Shown here one piece after another: positions 1-9,609 of a DNA stretch of 64,000 nucleotides. Made by a program: the position numbers and the translations under genes. The DNA is from Thermodesulfobacteriota bacterium. Its GTDB lineage: Bacteria > Desulfobacterota_D > UBA1144 > Nemesobacterales > UBA2774. The stretch lies in the NCBI GenBank assembly GCA_963422265.1, contig OY729416.1:1536001-1600000 (forward strand), in the 5' to 3' direction. The notes under the pieces were generated by a model. That model saw only the letters and a program-made list of their open reading frames with translations. It did not search any database and was not told where the DNA came from. The number at the start of each line of letters is the position of its first letter. Position 1 is the stretch's first letter.

Positions 1-23
1 CAATCGTTGACGAGACTGATAAA

Positions 24-422
24 ATGCCGGGGGAGGAGAAGCTCAGGTTGAGGAAAATCGCTGTAGAGATTCTCAAACTTTTGAGCGTCCCACGCAAGTG
101 TGAGCTTTGCGTCTCCTTTATAGATGACGGCGAAATGAGGGAGTTAAATAAGCGCTATCGTAATATCAACAGGACAACCGACGTACTATCATTCCCGCAG
201 GGGGAAGGTCCCGATTACACCTTGCTGGGCGACGTCGCTATATCCCTTGAGACTGCCGGGCGGCGTAGCAAAGCATATGGAATAACAATCCACGAGGAGA
301 TAAATAAGCTCATAGTTCATGGCATCCTACACTTGTTAGGATACAACCATAAGAAAAAGAAAGAAACGGACGTTATGAGACAAAAGGAGGAAGAGTTACT
401 AATGGCGGTGAAGGACCTTTGA
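24..422 (+). CDS. ybeY: rRNA maturation endoribonuclease YbeY; frame is open back to the window edge, so the true start may be upstream
   Basis: LNKRYR..TDVLSFP, LGDVAIS and the HGILHLLGYNH metal-binding motif. Confidence 0.93.
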   Translation: MPGEEKLRLRKIAVEILKLLSVPRKCELCVSFIDDGEMRELNKRYRNINRTTDVLSFPQGEGPDYTLLGDVAISLETAGRRSKAYGITIHEEINKLIVHGILHLLGYNHKKKKETDVMRQKEEELLMAVKDL

Positions 423-436
423 TACTTTGCAATAAT

Positions 437-1666
437 CTATGCCTTCTTGCTTGCAAGTTTCACTTCCTCGATAGAACGCGTAGTCGCTTTAGTTATCGTA
501 AAGGTGTAGCCTGTATGCTTTATTTTATCTCCTTCTTTAGGAATTGAACCTAACTTACAAAGGAGAAAGCCACTTAGAGTCTCGTAGTCATCGCTTTCCG
601 GTATCTCAAGCCCCAAATCATCGTTAATCATCTCAATCTCTATTTTGGGGTTTATAAGATACTCCGCCACCCCTAACTTTCTCCAGAGTTTTATGCCCTT
701 GTCATACTCGTCCTCTATCTCGCCCACGACTTCCTCAAGTATATCTTCAAGCGTAATAACCCCCACTGCCCCTCCATATTCATCTACGACAACTGCCATC
801 CCCGCGCGTCCCTCTTTCATTTCATCCAAAAGCTCATCTACGAGCTTGGCTTCGGGCACGTAAAAAGGTTGATCGGCATAGTCCCTCACCGCTTGACTAG
901 GATCAGAGTCTAAAAGATAAAAGGCGTGCAGAATACCGGTTATATTATCAACCCTTTCAGAGTATATGGGGATTCTGGAATGACCTGTTTCCCTAATTAG
1001 CTTTATAGCTTCAACTACTTTCTTATCCTCACTGAGGGCGCTTACTTGAATAAGAGGAATCATTATCTCATCTACCGTAGTCTCAGAAAATCTGAAGATT
1101 CTCTTTATTATTCTGTCCTTGTAATCTATCGTAGGTTTAGAAGTATCTCCCTCTATCACGTCTATTAGTTCTTCCCTAGTTATGTAAGTGCTTCCCGTGC
1201 TACCTATGAGATTTAACAGCTTTCTAGTGAATATGCTTACGAAAATAAGGATCGGATAAAAGATTTTTGATGCTACCCACAGTGGATAAATCGCCCACAA
1301 GACTATTGTATTTCTCTTTCTCTGAAAAACCGCTTTGGGCACGACCTGCCCAAATATAATTATAAGGGGAGAAAGAATTAAGACCGTATATAGTTCTCCT
1401 CCCCTGCCCACCTGGTCCTGGATATAGAAAGTTAGAACTATGGTGCTTGTAATAAGAGCAAGATTGATTCCAACAAGCGTAGCGCTTATAAAGCGTTCTA
1501 TCTCACCGAAGGCGCTCATTACCAACTTTGCCCTCTTAGATCCAGCGTCGGCGAGGGACTTCATTTTCACTTTATCGCACGAGACAAGTGCAATCTCAGA
1601 ACCTGCGAAAAATCCCTGCACCAGTAGCGATACGGCAATGATCAAAACCACGATTTCAAGCGACAT
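437..1666 (-). CDS. CNNM/HlyC-CorC family membrane protein (DUF21 + CBS pair + CorC_HlyC)
   Basis: GFFAGSEIAL, HSRIPIY, VVDEYGG, TLEDILEEVVGEIEDEYD; ATG at 1666 overlaps the end of the upstream paralogue. Confidence 0.9.
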   Translation of the reverse strand: MSLEIVVLIIAVSLLVQGFFAGSEIALVSCDKVKMKSLADAGSKRAKLVMSAFGEIERFISATLVGINLALITSTIVLTFYIQDQVGRGGELYTVLILSPLIIIFGQVVPKAVFQRKRNTIVLWAIYPLWVASKIFYPILIFVSIFTRKLLNLIGSTGSTYITREELIDVIEGDTSKPTIDYKDRIIKRIFRFSETTVDEIMIPLIQVSALSEDKKVVEAIKLIRETGHSRIPIYSERVDNITGILHAFYLLDSDPSQAVRDYADQPFYVPEAKLVDELLDEMKEGRAGMAVVVDEYGGAVGVITLEDILEEVVGEIEDEYDKGIKLWRKLGVAEYLINPKIEIEMINDDLGLEIPESDDYETLSGFLLCKLGSIPKEGDKIKHTGYTFTITKATTRSIEEVKLASKKA

Positions 1667-3002
1667 CCGCCACCTCTTTCTCAATCCTTTTGATTTTAAT
1701 TTCAGTTATACGTTTTCCCGATACCTTGCTAATCCAAAAATACAAGCTCCCGAAGGAGATGCTTTCTCCCTCTCTTGGAAATCTTCCGAACAAATCAAAT
1801 ACGAAACCCGCAACAGTTTCGTGGTCCTCCTCCGCTGGGAGAATAGACCTTTCAAGCTCCTCCCCTAAATTATAAAGGCCACCCGTCCTTAGAAGCATAA
1901 ATAGGAAAGTATCGTTAAACTCATCTATTTTCATGCTGCCGGGAATCACCAGAGAATTACCCTCCTGCCTAACTTCGGACTTTTTGACGATTCTTCTCTC
2001 GTCTTCAATCTCACCGAAAAGTTCCTCAAGAATATCTTCCATCGTCAGTATTCCATCCAGTCGTCCATATTCATCTACGACTATGGCTATTTGCACCCTG
2101 TTCTGCTGAAACTCCTTTAAGAGGTCAAATGCCATTTTTGTTCTTGGAATAAAATAAGGTGGCCTTAAGTAATTCTCAATCGCCAGTTTCTCAGATAGAT
2201 CAGACGATAGGAGATCCTTAGCGTAAAGAACGCCGATCACGTTATCTTTGTCGCCCTTATAAACCGGCGTTCTTGAGAATCCCCTCTTCTTAACTTCATA
2301 TAAAGCGTCTTTACAAGAAAGGTTTGCAGGAAGTAAAAAGCACTCAACGCCCGGAGTCATAATTTTGTGAGCAGGCACCTCTTCAAGCTTAAACAGGCTC
2401 CCAACAAGCTCCTTTTCAATATCTGTTATAACCCCCTCTTCGCTTCCCATGCCCACGAGTGTCTTAACCTCGTCAGGTGTGAACTCCTTTTTCTGCTCGT
2501 ATTCTATTTTTCCACCTAATGGTCTTGTAAAACCAATTGAAAGAACCACTAAAATCCACCTGATAGGGGTGATCAACACGTGGAACGCGTGCAAGGGGTA
2601 AGAGACGACCGTAGCAATTGCCCTTGGATATTTAACCCCAAGAATCTTAGGTGCGATTTCCCCCAGGATAAGAAGGCTAGGAGACGCAATACTAACTGAC
2701 AAAAGCATTAAGGCTTGTTCAGATAAGCCATCATCTAATACCTTTTTGACAGTCAACCCTATTACGCTCGAATAGGCTACGTTGACGACTTCATCCGCAA
2801 ATAAGATTGTAACTATGAGCTTATATGGCTCTTTTAAGAGCTTTTCTATGATTGCTGAGCTCTTTTTCCCTTCCTTCTTAAGCCTGTCTCTCTGGTGTCT
2901 GCCTAATGAAAATAGAGAGCCTTCCGATAGGCAGAAGAAACTTGATAGAAAGAGAAGTAAGATTATTAATACGAGATTATTAGTTAAAGATATATCGTTC
3001 AT
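1656..3002 (-). CDS. CNNM/HlyC-CorC family membrane protein, tandem paralogue
   Basis: SSFFCLSEGSLFSL, FSRTPVY, VVDEYG, TMEDILEELFGEIEDE. Confidence 0.9.
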   Translation of the reverse strand: MNDISLTNNLVLIILLLFLSSFFCLSEGSLFSLGRHQRDRLKKEGKKSSAIIEKLLKEPYKLIVTILFADEVVNVAYSSVIGLTVKKVLDDGLSEQALMLLSVSIASPSLLILGEIAPKILGVKYPRAIATVVSYPLHAFHVLITPIRWILVVLSIGFTRPLGGKIEYEQKKEFTPDEVKTLVGMGSEEGVITDIEKELVGSLFKLEEVPAHKIMTPGVECFLLPANLSCKDALYEVKKRGFSRTPVYKGDKDNVIGVLYAKDLLSSDLSEKLAIENYLRPPYFIPRTKMAFDLLKEFQQNRVQIAIVVDEYGRLDGILTMEDILEELFGEIEDERRIVKKSEVRQEGNSLVIPGSMKIDEFNDTFLFMLLRTGGLYNLGEELERSILPAEEDHETVAGFVFDLFGRFPREGESISFGSLYFWISKVSGKRITEIKIKRIEKEVADVA

Positions 3003-4022
3003 TTACGTCCCGAAGTGAACAAACCCCCTTTTATCAGGTCTAATTTCCTCGTCGTTTGAATCTATTAGTATCAAAGCGTTCTCGGGCACAACGCGTCCTA
3101 TTTCCGTAACCCTGACGTCTAGGCGCCGACATATTTCATAGACCAAGTCAGTGTTCTCCCTAGGAGAGGCAAAGAGCAGCTCATAATCCTCGCCTCCGCT
3201 CAAAGCTAAACTGTAATAATCCTCGCTATAGTCAGATACGCGCTCTCTATATTCAGGGGACGTAGGTATTTCGTCAACGAATAAACGCGCCCCTAAGCCC
3301 TGTCTTGTCGTTATTCTTTCCATATCTATAATAAGCCCGTCGCTTACATCTATCATTGCAGTAACAAGTCCTGATACGGCAAGCTCTCTTCCTAGCGTGA
3401 GTCTAGGCTGAGGCATTATATGCCTTCTTATTAGATCAGGATTCCCTGTTATCATATTGGGCTGCGGTTCTTCTGAGAAGTTAGGTAGTTTAACTGAATG
3501 CTGAATTAGCGTGCGCCCAAGCGCCGAATCCCCTAGAGTGCCGCTTACGTATATATAATCCCCCGTCTTAGCACCGCTCCTCATAACCATAGATTCAGGC
3601 TCGACCTCTCCAAGGACTGTAATATCCAAGAAGAGGTTTTTGGAAGAGCTTAAATTCCCACCTACAAGCTCAACGCAAAATTCCTCCTGCGCAGATTGAA
3701 ATCCCTTTATAAGATCGTCAAGGTAATCCTCATCCTCTTCAGCAGAAAACCCCGCTGAAGCCAATATGAATTTAGGAATGCCCCCCATGGCTCCAATGTC
3801 GCTTAAAGAGGCGGCAACGGCTTTTCTAGCCAGGTCTCTAGGTTTAATAGAGGACTTTAGAAAATGGACGCCCTCTACCTGCGAGTCGGTTGTGGATAGG
3901 ACAAGATTGCCCGGCTGAAACCTTACCGCCGCGCAATCATCGCCAATTCCGAGATCCACACAGGCAGACGCCCTACGAAATTGTTCCTCAATACGCTTAA
4001 GGGCGCTAAGCTCATCTATCAC
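3003..4022 (-). CDS. thiL: thiamine-monophosphate kinase
   Basis: GIGDDCA, EGVHF, SDIGAMGG, IDVSDGL, GGEDYELLF. Confidence 0.95.
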   Translation of the reverse strand: MIDELSALKRIEEQFRRASACVDLGIGDDCAAVRFQPGNLVLSTTDSQVEGVHFLKSSIKPRDLARKAVAASLSDIGAMGGIPKFILASAGFSAEEDEDYLDDLIKGFQSAQEEFCVELVGGNLSSSKNLFLDITVLGEVEPESMVMRSGAKTGDYIYVSGTLGDSALGRTLIQHSVKLPNFSEEPQPNMITGNPDLIRRHIMPQPRLTLGRELAVSGLVTAMIDVSDGLIIDMERITTRQGLGARLFVDEIPTSPEYRERVSDYSEDYYSLALSGGEDYELLFASPRENTDLVYEICRRLDVRVTEIGRVVPENALILIDSNDEEIRPDKRGFVHFGT

Positions 4023-4032
4023 AATTCAATAC

Positions 4033-4422
4033 CTACGGTCTTTTTATGAACTTAGATTTTCTCGCTAATTGCATTGCAAGTAGCTTATTGTGCTCTTTAT
4101 CCTCGTCGTCGCTTTTCCATCCAATTATGTTTGAATGTCTAGGAGGAGGTTCAGCGGGTTCAACCCTTAAATTGTTTTCCTCAACATCTGAGGAACGTAT
4201 ATCAGCTCTGCCCTTGCTACGCTTCTCCCTTTTAGGAAAAAGATATTCATCCTCAATTTTCCAAACTTCCTTATTAGTCAGTCCCTCAATGCTGAAAACG
4301 GAAGTTTCACCGTTACAGGGTATGAATGCTGCGTATTTAATTGTATTGTCAGAAGACCTTATATGATTGGAACTGTAAATATATCTTGTTAGCACTTTAG
4401 AAGAGTTTTTCAGTTGTGACAT
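4033..4422 (-). CDS. small hypothetical protein with ADP-ribosyltransferase/RES-like motif order; putative toxin
   Basis: LTRY..., AAFIP..ETSVF, PPPRHSNIIGW; ATG at 4422 is 5 nt past the upstream stop; fold is inferred. Confidence 0.5.
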   Translation of the reverse strand: MSQLKNSSKVLTRYIYSSNHIRSSDNTIKYAAFIPCNGETSVFSIEGLTNKEVWKIEDEYLFPKREKRSKGRADIRSSDVEENNLRVEPAEPPPRHSNIIGWKSDDEDKEHNKLLAMQLARKSKFIKRP

Positions 4423-4427
4423 AAATA

Positions 4428-5141
4428 TCAATCTGAGTACAATCTTTCGATGTAACAAACTATACTCTGGGGAATGAAATCATTGAAACTCTCTTTTCCA
4501 TAAGCGGTATTGCTAGAGTCGAATATACCGGCGTAAGTTAGTTTTTCATTATCATCCATACTAAAAGCAAACGTTCCCTTACTCTCACGATGCCATTCAA
4601 GTGCTATATCGCCATTGGGTTCCGGCGTTATATCGGGCATAGGAAGATTTACAAATGATTCAGCAAACATAATAATCAACTTTCTAGCTCTCTCATAACT
4701 CCCCTCAGTTATAGCATGGGCACCGTATCCATCCCAGCCACCCTCAGAACATTCCTTATATACCTCACCCAAAGCCGATAATACCTCACCTAACCTATTG
4801 GGTTGACTCCCTTTTTGTATTCCAGAGACAATGTCTCGTAATCGGAAAGAGTTTTTTAATATAAGGTCTCGTCTTGTGGGAAAATACGCAGATTCGCGCT
4901 TATATATACATGCATTCCGTGTTTGAGATAGACTCTCTGAATCGGCTTCAGCAAATGTGTGGGCATTTGATAGCATGCTATCTGGTAGAACCTCTGCTTC
5001 TGAATTAGGTAGGGCTTTGCTAACATCAGAGCCAGAAAGGGCGTTCCTTATGATTTCAGGAGGATAATTATGCCTTTTTGTTAATAGAGACTTAGGTAGG
5101 GAAGGTATAGAATTCTCTGTATAGTCCTGACCCAAACTCAC
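4428..5141 (-). CDS. hypothetical protein with low-complexity N-half and conserved-looking C-domain
   Basis: 237-aa ORF coupled to the upstream gene by a GTGA overlap; GWDGYGA..I and PDITPEPNGDIALEW motifs. Confidence 0.65.
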   Translation of the reverse strand: MSLGQDYTENSIPSLPKSLLTKRHNYPPEIIRNALSGSDVSKALPNSEAEVLPDSMLSNAHTFAEADSESLSQTRNACIYKRESAYFPTRRDLILKNSFRLRDIVSGIQKGSQPNRLGEVLSALGEVYKECSEGGWDGYGAHAITEGSYERARKLIIMFAESFVNLPMPDITPEPNGDIALEWHRESKGTFAFSMDDNEKLTYAGIFDSSNTAYGKESFNDFIPQSIVCYIERLYSD

Positions 5142-5800
5142 GACAGCTTTTCCTCAAAGTATTTTTTCAGAGTCTGTTTTAAGTCCTCTTGAAAGCTACT
5201 AAATTTGTTAAGTGCTAACCGTATTCTTTCTAATTCTCTATATTCATGACCTATTTCGGTATGATGATTACAATCTAACCCAATACTTCGTTCGTTTCCC
5301 CTTCCTCTCACGTTCAGAGTTAGTGTCCAAGATGGTGGTATCTTGAATCCAATGCTTAACGGCTCTATGGAGCTCTGCCATTCGCCTTCCCTGAGAAAGC
5401 GGTTCTTCACCCAATTTAATGGTTCTTCTGCACCAATAGAAAGATGCCAGTTCATACCGAGAGCTGTGTAGGGCACATATCTAAGCACTTCAACGTATTT
5501 TTCCGCACACTTGTGAACAAGATATGATTCTTTGAAATCACCATTCACTTCTTCCTGAATTGTAAGATTATTCGGATCGACGTGCCATTGAATACCGTTC
5601 CTGAAAGATACTATTGCAAGTCCCGGTGATGAAAGCAAAGGAGGGTTATCCGCTGTTTCCCAATCACTACCGACTATTCCGTTTCCCTTAAGGAAGTCGG
5701 GATTAACTATAGTGGGGTTGTGCTCCCGTGCTAGTATTATGACTGAGACGCTGTCTAAAGTAAAGTTAGTTAGACCGTCCTGCATAGAACCTTTCATCAT
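5138..5800 (-). CDS. hypothetical protein, possibly TIGR04255-like
   Basis: 220-aa ORF; VIIL..HNPTIVNPDFL..NGIV, PYTALGMNW, IGLDCNHH. Confidence 0.6.
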   Translation of the reverse strand: MMKGSMQDGLTNFTLDSVSVIILAREHNPTIVNPDFLKGNGIVGSDWETADNPPLLSSPGLAIVSFRNGIQWHVDPNNLTIQEEVNGDFKESYLVHKCAEKYVEVLRYVPYTALGMNWHLSIGAEEPLNWVKNRFLREGEWQSSIEPLSIGFKIPPSWTLTLNVRGRGNERSIGLDCNHHTEIGHEYRELERIRLALNKFSSFQEDLKQTLKKYFEEKLS

Positions 5801-6001
5801 GGTTGAAACCTGTCACGTTAAAATAACACTTACAGCATAATAACTATTTATACGCAATCCAATATAATAAAGAAATAAATGTATTGCAAGAATTTACCCT
5901 ACTGATATGTAAGGGTTTTACCTTTTATGGAGAAAGTTTACTCCTTTGTCTCATATCCCGCCCGAGCTTTTACGTAAAGTTAAGGTATAATCCCATATAG
6001 T

Positions 6002-6358
6002 ATGAAAGATGAGAAAATAAGAATATACGTAAAACCTACGTGCACGACTTGTAGAAAGGCTCTCAAAATTCTAAAAGAGAGCGAGGTGGAATTTGAAAAC
6101 ATCAACTACTTCGAAAAGCCTTTCAATGAAAAAACACTCACCCAACTGATAAAAAACTTAGGTATTCCCCCTAAGGAGTTACTAAGGAAACGTGCGAAAA
6201 TCTATAAAGACATGGAGCTATCGGAAAAAGAGCTAACGTATTCTGAGATTATAGGTTTAATGGTCAAGTATCCCGAGCTACTGCAACGCCCCATCATTGT
6301 AAGAGGAGATAAAGCTATATTGGCTAGACCGGTGGAGGAGATTAATGGGTTACTATGA
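6002..6358 (+). CDS. ArsC/Spx family thioredoxin-fold protein
   Basis: KPTCTTCRKA and PELLQRPII. Confidence 0.88.
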   Translation: MKDEKIRIYVKPTCTTCRKALKILKESEVEFENINYFEKPFNEKTLTQLIKNLGIPPKELLRKRAKIYKDMELSEKELTYSEIIGLMVKYPELLQRPIIVRGDKAILARPVEEINGLL

Positions 6359-7884
6359 TTTCTAAAGTGCTAAGCAGCGCAGTTTTGGGAGTGGATGCCT
6401 ACTTAGTAGAGGTGGAGGTGGATATCTCGTTTGGACTACCACAATTTTCAACAGTTGGGCTGCCCGAAGGAGCTGTAAAAGAGAGCAAGGAGCGCGTAAG
6501 AGCAGCTATAAAGAATTGCGGTTATGAATTTCCTCCAAGAAGAATTACCGTTAACCTTGCCCCTGCAGACATAAGGAAAGAGGGTTCAGCACTAGACCTG
6601 CCGATGTCGGTAGGCATTTTAGCGGCTACGGGTCTTATAGATCACGAAAAGCTCAATGATTATATAATCATGGGGGAGCTGTCCTTAAACGGTGATATTA
6701 AAGGCATAAAAGGAGTGCTCCCTTCCTCAATTTGCGCTAGAGACTCAAGACTAAAGGGTATTATTATCCCCAAACAAAATGCCCAAGAGGCAGCGGTAGT
6801 AAATGGTATTGAAGTCTTGGCGGTGGAGTCGCTCCAGGACGTTGTAGAATTCTTCGCAGGAAAAAGAGATATAGCCCCTACCCAAACGGACGTAAAGTCT
6901 ATATTCAATCAGGCAAAAAAATATCAAATAGATTTCCACGAGGTAAAGGGACAGGAACACGTCAAGCGTGCTTTAGAGGTTGCTGCAAGCGGGGGGCACA
7001 ACGTTTTAATGATAGGATCGCCCGGCACTGGCAAGACTATGCTTGCGAGGAGGCTTCCTTCGATCCTTCCGGATATGAGTTTTGAGGAATCCTTGGAAAC
7101 CACGAAGATTTACTCTGTTTCTGGGCTTCTACCCAGTAATTCTGCTCTATTCGCCACACGCCCCTTTAGATCTCCCCATCATACTATCAGCGACGCTGGT
7201 CTCATAGGTGGAGGAGCCATACCTAAACCGGGAGAGGTGAGTCTTGCTCATAATGGTGTACTATTCTTGGACGAGCTTCCTGAATTTAGAAAGAACGTGC
7301 TGGAAGTAATGAGGCAACCACTCGAGGATGGCATGGTAACGATATCGAGAGCCGTCACCTCGATCACTTATCCCTCAAATCTTATGCTAATAACGGCTAT
7401 GAACCCATGTCCTTGCGGATATCACGGCGATCCCAAAAAGGAGTGCTCGTGCACAATAAATCAGATACACAAATATAGAGCTAAGGTCTCTGGCCCTCTA
7501 CTAGACAGAATTGACATTCACGTTGAGGTGCCCCCCGTAAAATATAAAGAGCTTTCAGAAGACTCAGGGGGAGAGACCTCTTCCCAGATAAAAGAGCGTG
7601 TTAATAGGGCACGAGAAATTCAGATAGACAGGTTCAAAGGAACAAGCATCCATTCTAACTCTCAGATGCCCCCTTCTTATGTCAGAAAGCTCGCCAAGCC
7701 TGACGATGCTGGAGTAAAACTTCTGGAAACAGCGATAGACAAGCTTGGACTCAGCGCAAGGGCATACGACCGCATACTCAAAGTGGCGCGAACTATAGCT
7801 GACCTTGAAGGATCCAGCAACGTCCTTTCACATCATATATCGGAATCTATACAGTATCGCTCGCTTGACAGAAGCCTAGCTTAG
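6355..7884 (+). CDS. comM: YifB/ComM family AAA+ ATPase
   Basis: VGLPEGAVKES, NLAPADIRKEG, GSPGTGKT, PFRSPHH, LFLDELPEF, AMNPCPCG. Confidence 0.93.
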   Translation: MISKVLSSAVLGVDAYLVEVEVDISFGLPQFSTVGLPEGAVKESKERVRAAIKNCGYEFPPRRITVNLAPADIRKEGSALDLPMSVGILAATGLIDHEKLNDYIIMGELSLNGDIKGIKGVLPSSICARDSRLKGIIIPKQNAQEAAVVNGIEVLAVESLQDVVEFFAGKRDIAPTQTDVKSIFNQAKKYQIDFHEVKGQEHVKRALEVAASGGHNVLMIGSPGTGKTMLARRLPSILPDMSFEESLETTKIYSVSGLLPSNSALFATRPFRSPHHTISDAGLIGGGAIPKPGEVSLAHNGVLFLDELPEFRKNVLEVMRQPLEDGMVTISRAVTSITYPSNLMLITAMNPCPCGYHGDPKKECSCTINQIHKYRAKVSGPLLDRIDIHVEVPPVKYKELSEDSGGETSSQIKERVNRAREIQIDRFKGTSIHSNSQMPPSYVRKLAKPDDAGVKLLETAIDKLGLSARAYDRILKVARTIADLEGSSNVLSHHISESIQYRSLDRSLA

Positions 7885-7914
7885 CTAGTCCTTCAGGACG
7901 GTATTTTTACTTGC

Positions 7915-8265
7915 TTATTGGTTTAGAAAAGGCATACTCTCAACAATCCAGTCCCTTAACCGCGACCCGGCTACGTGCATTATAATAATGTTACCCTCTT
8001 CATCCTTTTCTCTCATAAGTATTTGTCCCATCAATCTATTAACTATTTGTTCTATATCCTGATTGCTAAAACCTTCTGTATCTATGAGTTCAGAAAGCCT
8101 AATAGTAATAATACCTCTTTTAGGCGAACCGAATTCCGCGTCTTCTGAGTGCTCAATGTTAAAGGTAACGTCCAGAGAGTCCGGGTCATCGGTTGATATT
8201 TCTGAAATTCCTACGATTTTAATATAATCCAGCGTGGGCATATTGTTTTCAGCTTTCCAGTCCAA
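7915..8265 (-). CDS. acidic hypothetical protein (start may be ATG at 8241)
   Basis: 116-aa ORF filling the gap after mlaD; no motif recognised. Confidence 0.6.
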   Translation of the reverse strand: MDWKAENNMPTLDYIKIVGISEISTDDPDSLDVTFNIEHSEDAEFGSPKRGIITIRLSELIDTEGFSNQDIEQIVNRLMGQILMREKDEEGNIIIMHVAGSRLRDWIVESMPFLNQ

Positions 8266-8340
8266 ATATCTTTGTACATACTATATGCTTCTGTCTCCGG
8301 ACAGGAAGTAGAGGTCACTCTTTGTGAGCTATTTACCCAA

Positions 8341-9378
8341 TTATTTCAGGTCGTCCTGTCTAGCCTTTTCCTTCTCAACAAGGAGCTTCACGGTAGCCCT
8401 GACAAACCTGCTTCTTTCCGCTTCTCCCAATACGCCTTTTAAGCTATCGTAAACGCTGGGGTCTATTAAAAGCGCCCCGAGCGTGCCCTCTCCACCCCTT
8501 AACATCTCAGAGATTTCCCTGAAATTGGTAAGAGTTTCGCGAAGTTCTCCCGACGCCTCATTTATATTGGAGATAGTATTGTTTACTTCGTCCTTAAGCT
8601 CCTTATCGTATATTAGGGTATGTAAGGCGCCGTCTCCATTGTTGACGTTATTAAGCAGGTTGTCCAGCTTGGTTGTGGCTTTATTGAGCTTTACTAGAAC
8701 GTTCTCGTCAGTCTTTTCGCCAGATTCGTCCTTAGGAGTGTAAATCATGGTGTGAAGCAAGCCGTCGCCGTCCTCTATTGCCTCTAAGGTTCTCTGCAAC
8801 GTTTCTGAGCTACTTCTAACTGATGCAATCGTTTTATTAATGTTTTCTAAATTCTCACCTGCTCCTATAGCCTTAACTATTTTGTCAAGACTCTCGGATA
8901 TACTGATAACATTTGTTAGTAAGTCTCCTGACCTACCTATAATGCTTGTGAACTCCATCGGGTTTTGGGCTTCTATTCTTAGCGTATCGGGAAGCGCGGT
9001 TAGCGGCTGTTTCTTCCCCTGTAGCACGTCAATATACTTGTCCCCCAATAAGCCTTCTGTTCTTATGGTTGCCTTCGCATCTGGACTAAGCCTCTGCATC
9101 CCTTCCCTATTTACCTTCATCGTAACGTTAATAGCGTTACCTTCAACTGGTTTCTCAGCAAAATTGATGTCCGTGACGGTGCCTATGCGCACTCCCGACA
9201 GTCTAACGGAGGCTCCTTTTAGAAGCCCAGCGGTGTTTGCGAACGACGTTTCAAGCCTATAGCTCTTCTCAAAATAGCTTTGCTCTCCGCTTAGAAAAAA
9301 AATGAACGTCGCAAGAGTTATCACTGTGATCAGAACGAATAGACCAACCCTGAAATTCATAGTATTTTTGCTTTTCAT
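8341..9378 (-). CDS. mlaD: MlaD/MCE family lipid transport protein
   Basis: N-terminal TM helix, AGLLKGASVRLSGVRIGTV, TEGLLGDKYI, GEGTLGALL. Confidence 0.88.
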   Translation of the reverse strand: MKSKNTMNFRVGLFVLITVITLATFIFFLSGEQSYFEKSYRLETSFANTAGLLKGASVRLSGVRIGTVTDINFAEKPVEGNAINVTMKVNREGMQRLSPDAKATIRTEGLLGDKYIDVLQGKKQPLTALPDTLRIEAQNPMEFTSIIGRSGDLLTNVISISESLDKIVKAIGAGENLENINKTIASVRSSSETLQRTLEAIEDGDGLLHTMIYTPKDESGEKTDENVLVKLNKATTKLDNLLNNVNNGDGALHTLIYDKELKDEVNNTISNINEASGELRETLTNFREISEMLRGGEGTLGALLIDPSVYDSLKGVLGEAERSRFVRATVKLLVEKEKARQDDLK

Positions 9379-9609
9379 GCTTCTCTCCTCTAAAGGAATT
9401 ATACTTGATAATTAATAATTCCCTAAAAGGCATAAAACAAAGTAACGCGCCCGTCATTTCTAGCGAATAGGTAGGTATGATCTGTCTGCTCACCTCTTCC
9501 TTTATCCTGTCTCGCATGTATTCTATAAATCTTAAAAGCAGCTAGGAAGCCAAAAAATTACCTATTAATTCCAAACTATCTTTCTTTAGCGGTGAAGGAG
9601 CACAGAATT

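Noticed and set aside
9269-9517. 82-aa ORF upstream of and overlapping mlaD
   Set aside because: Out-of-frame overlap with mlaD and no recognisable homology.
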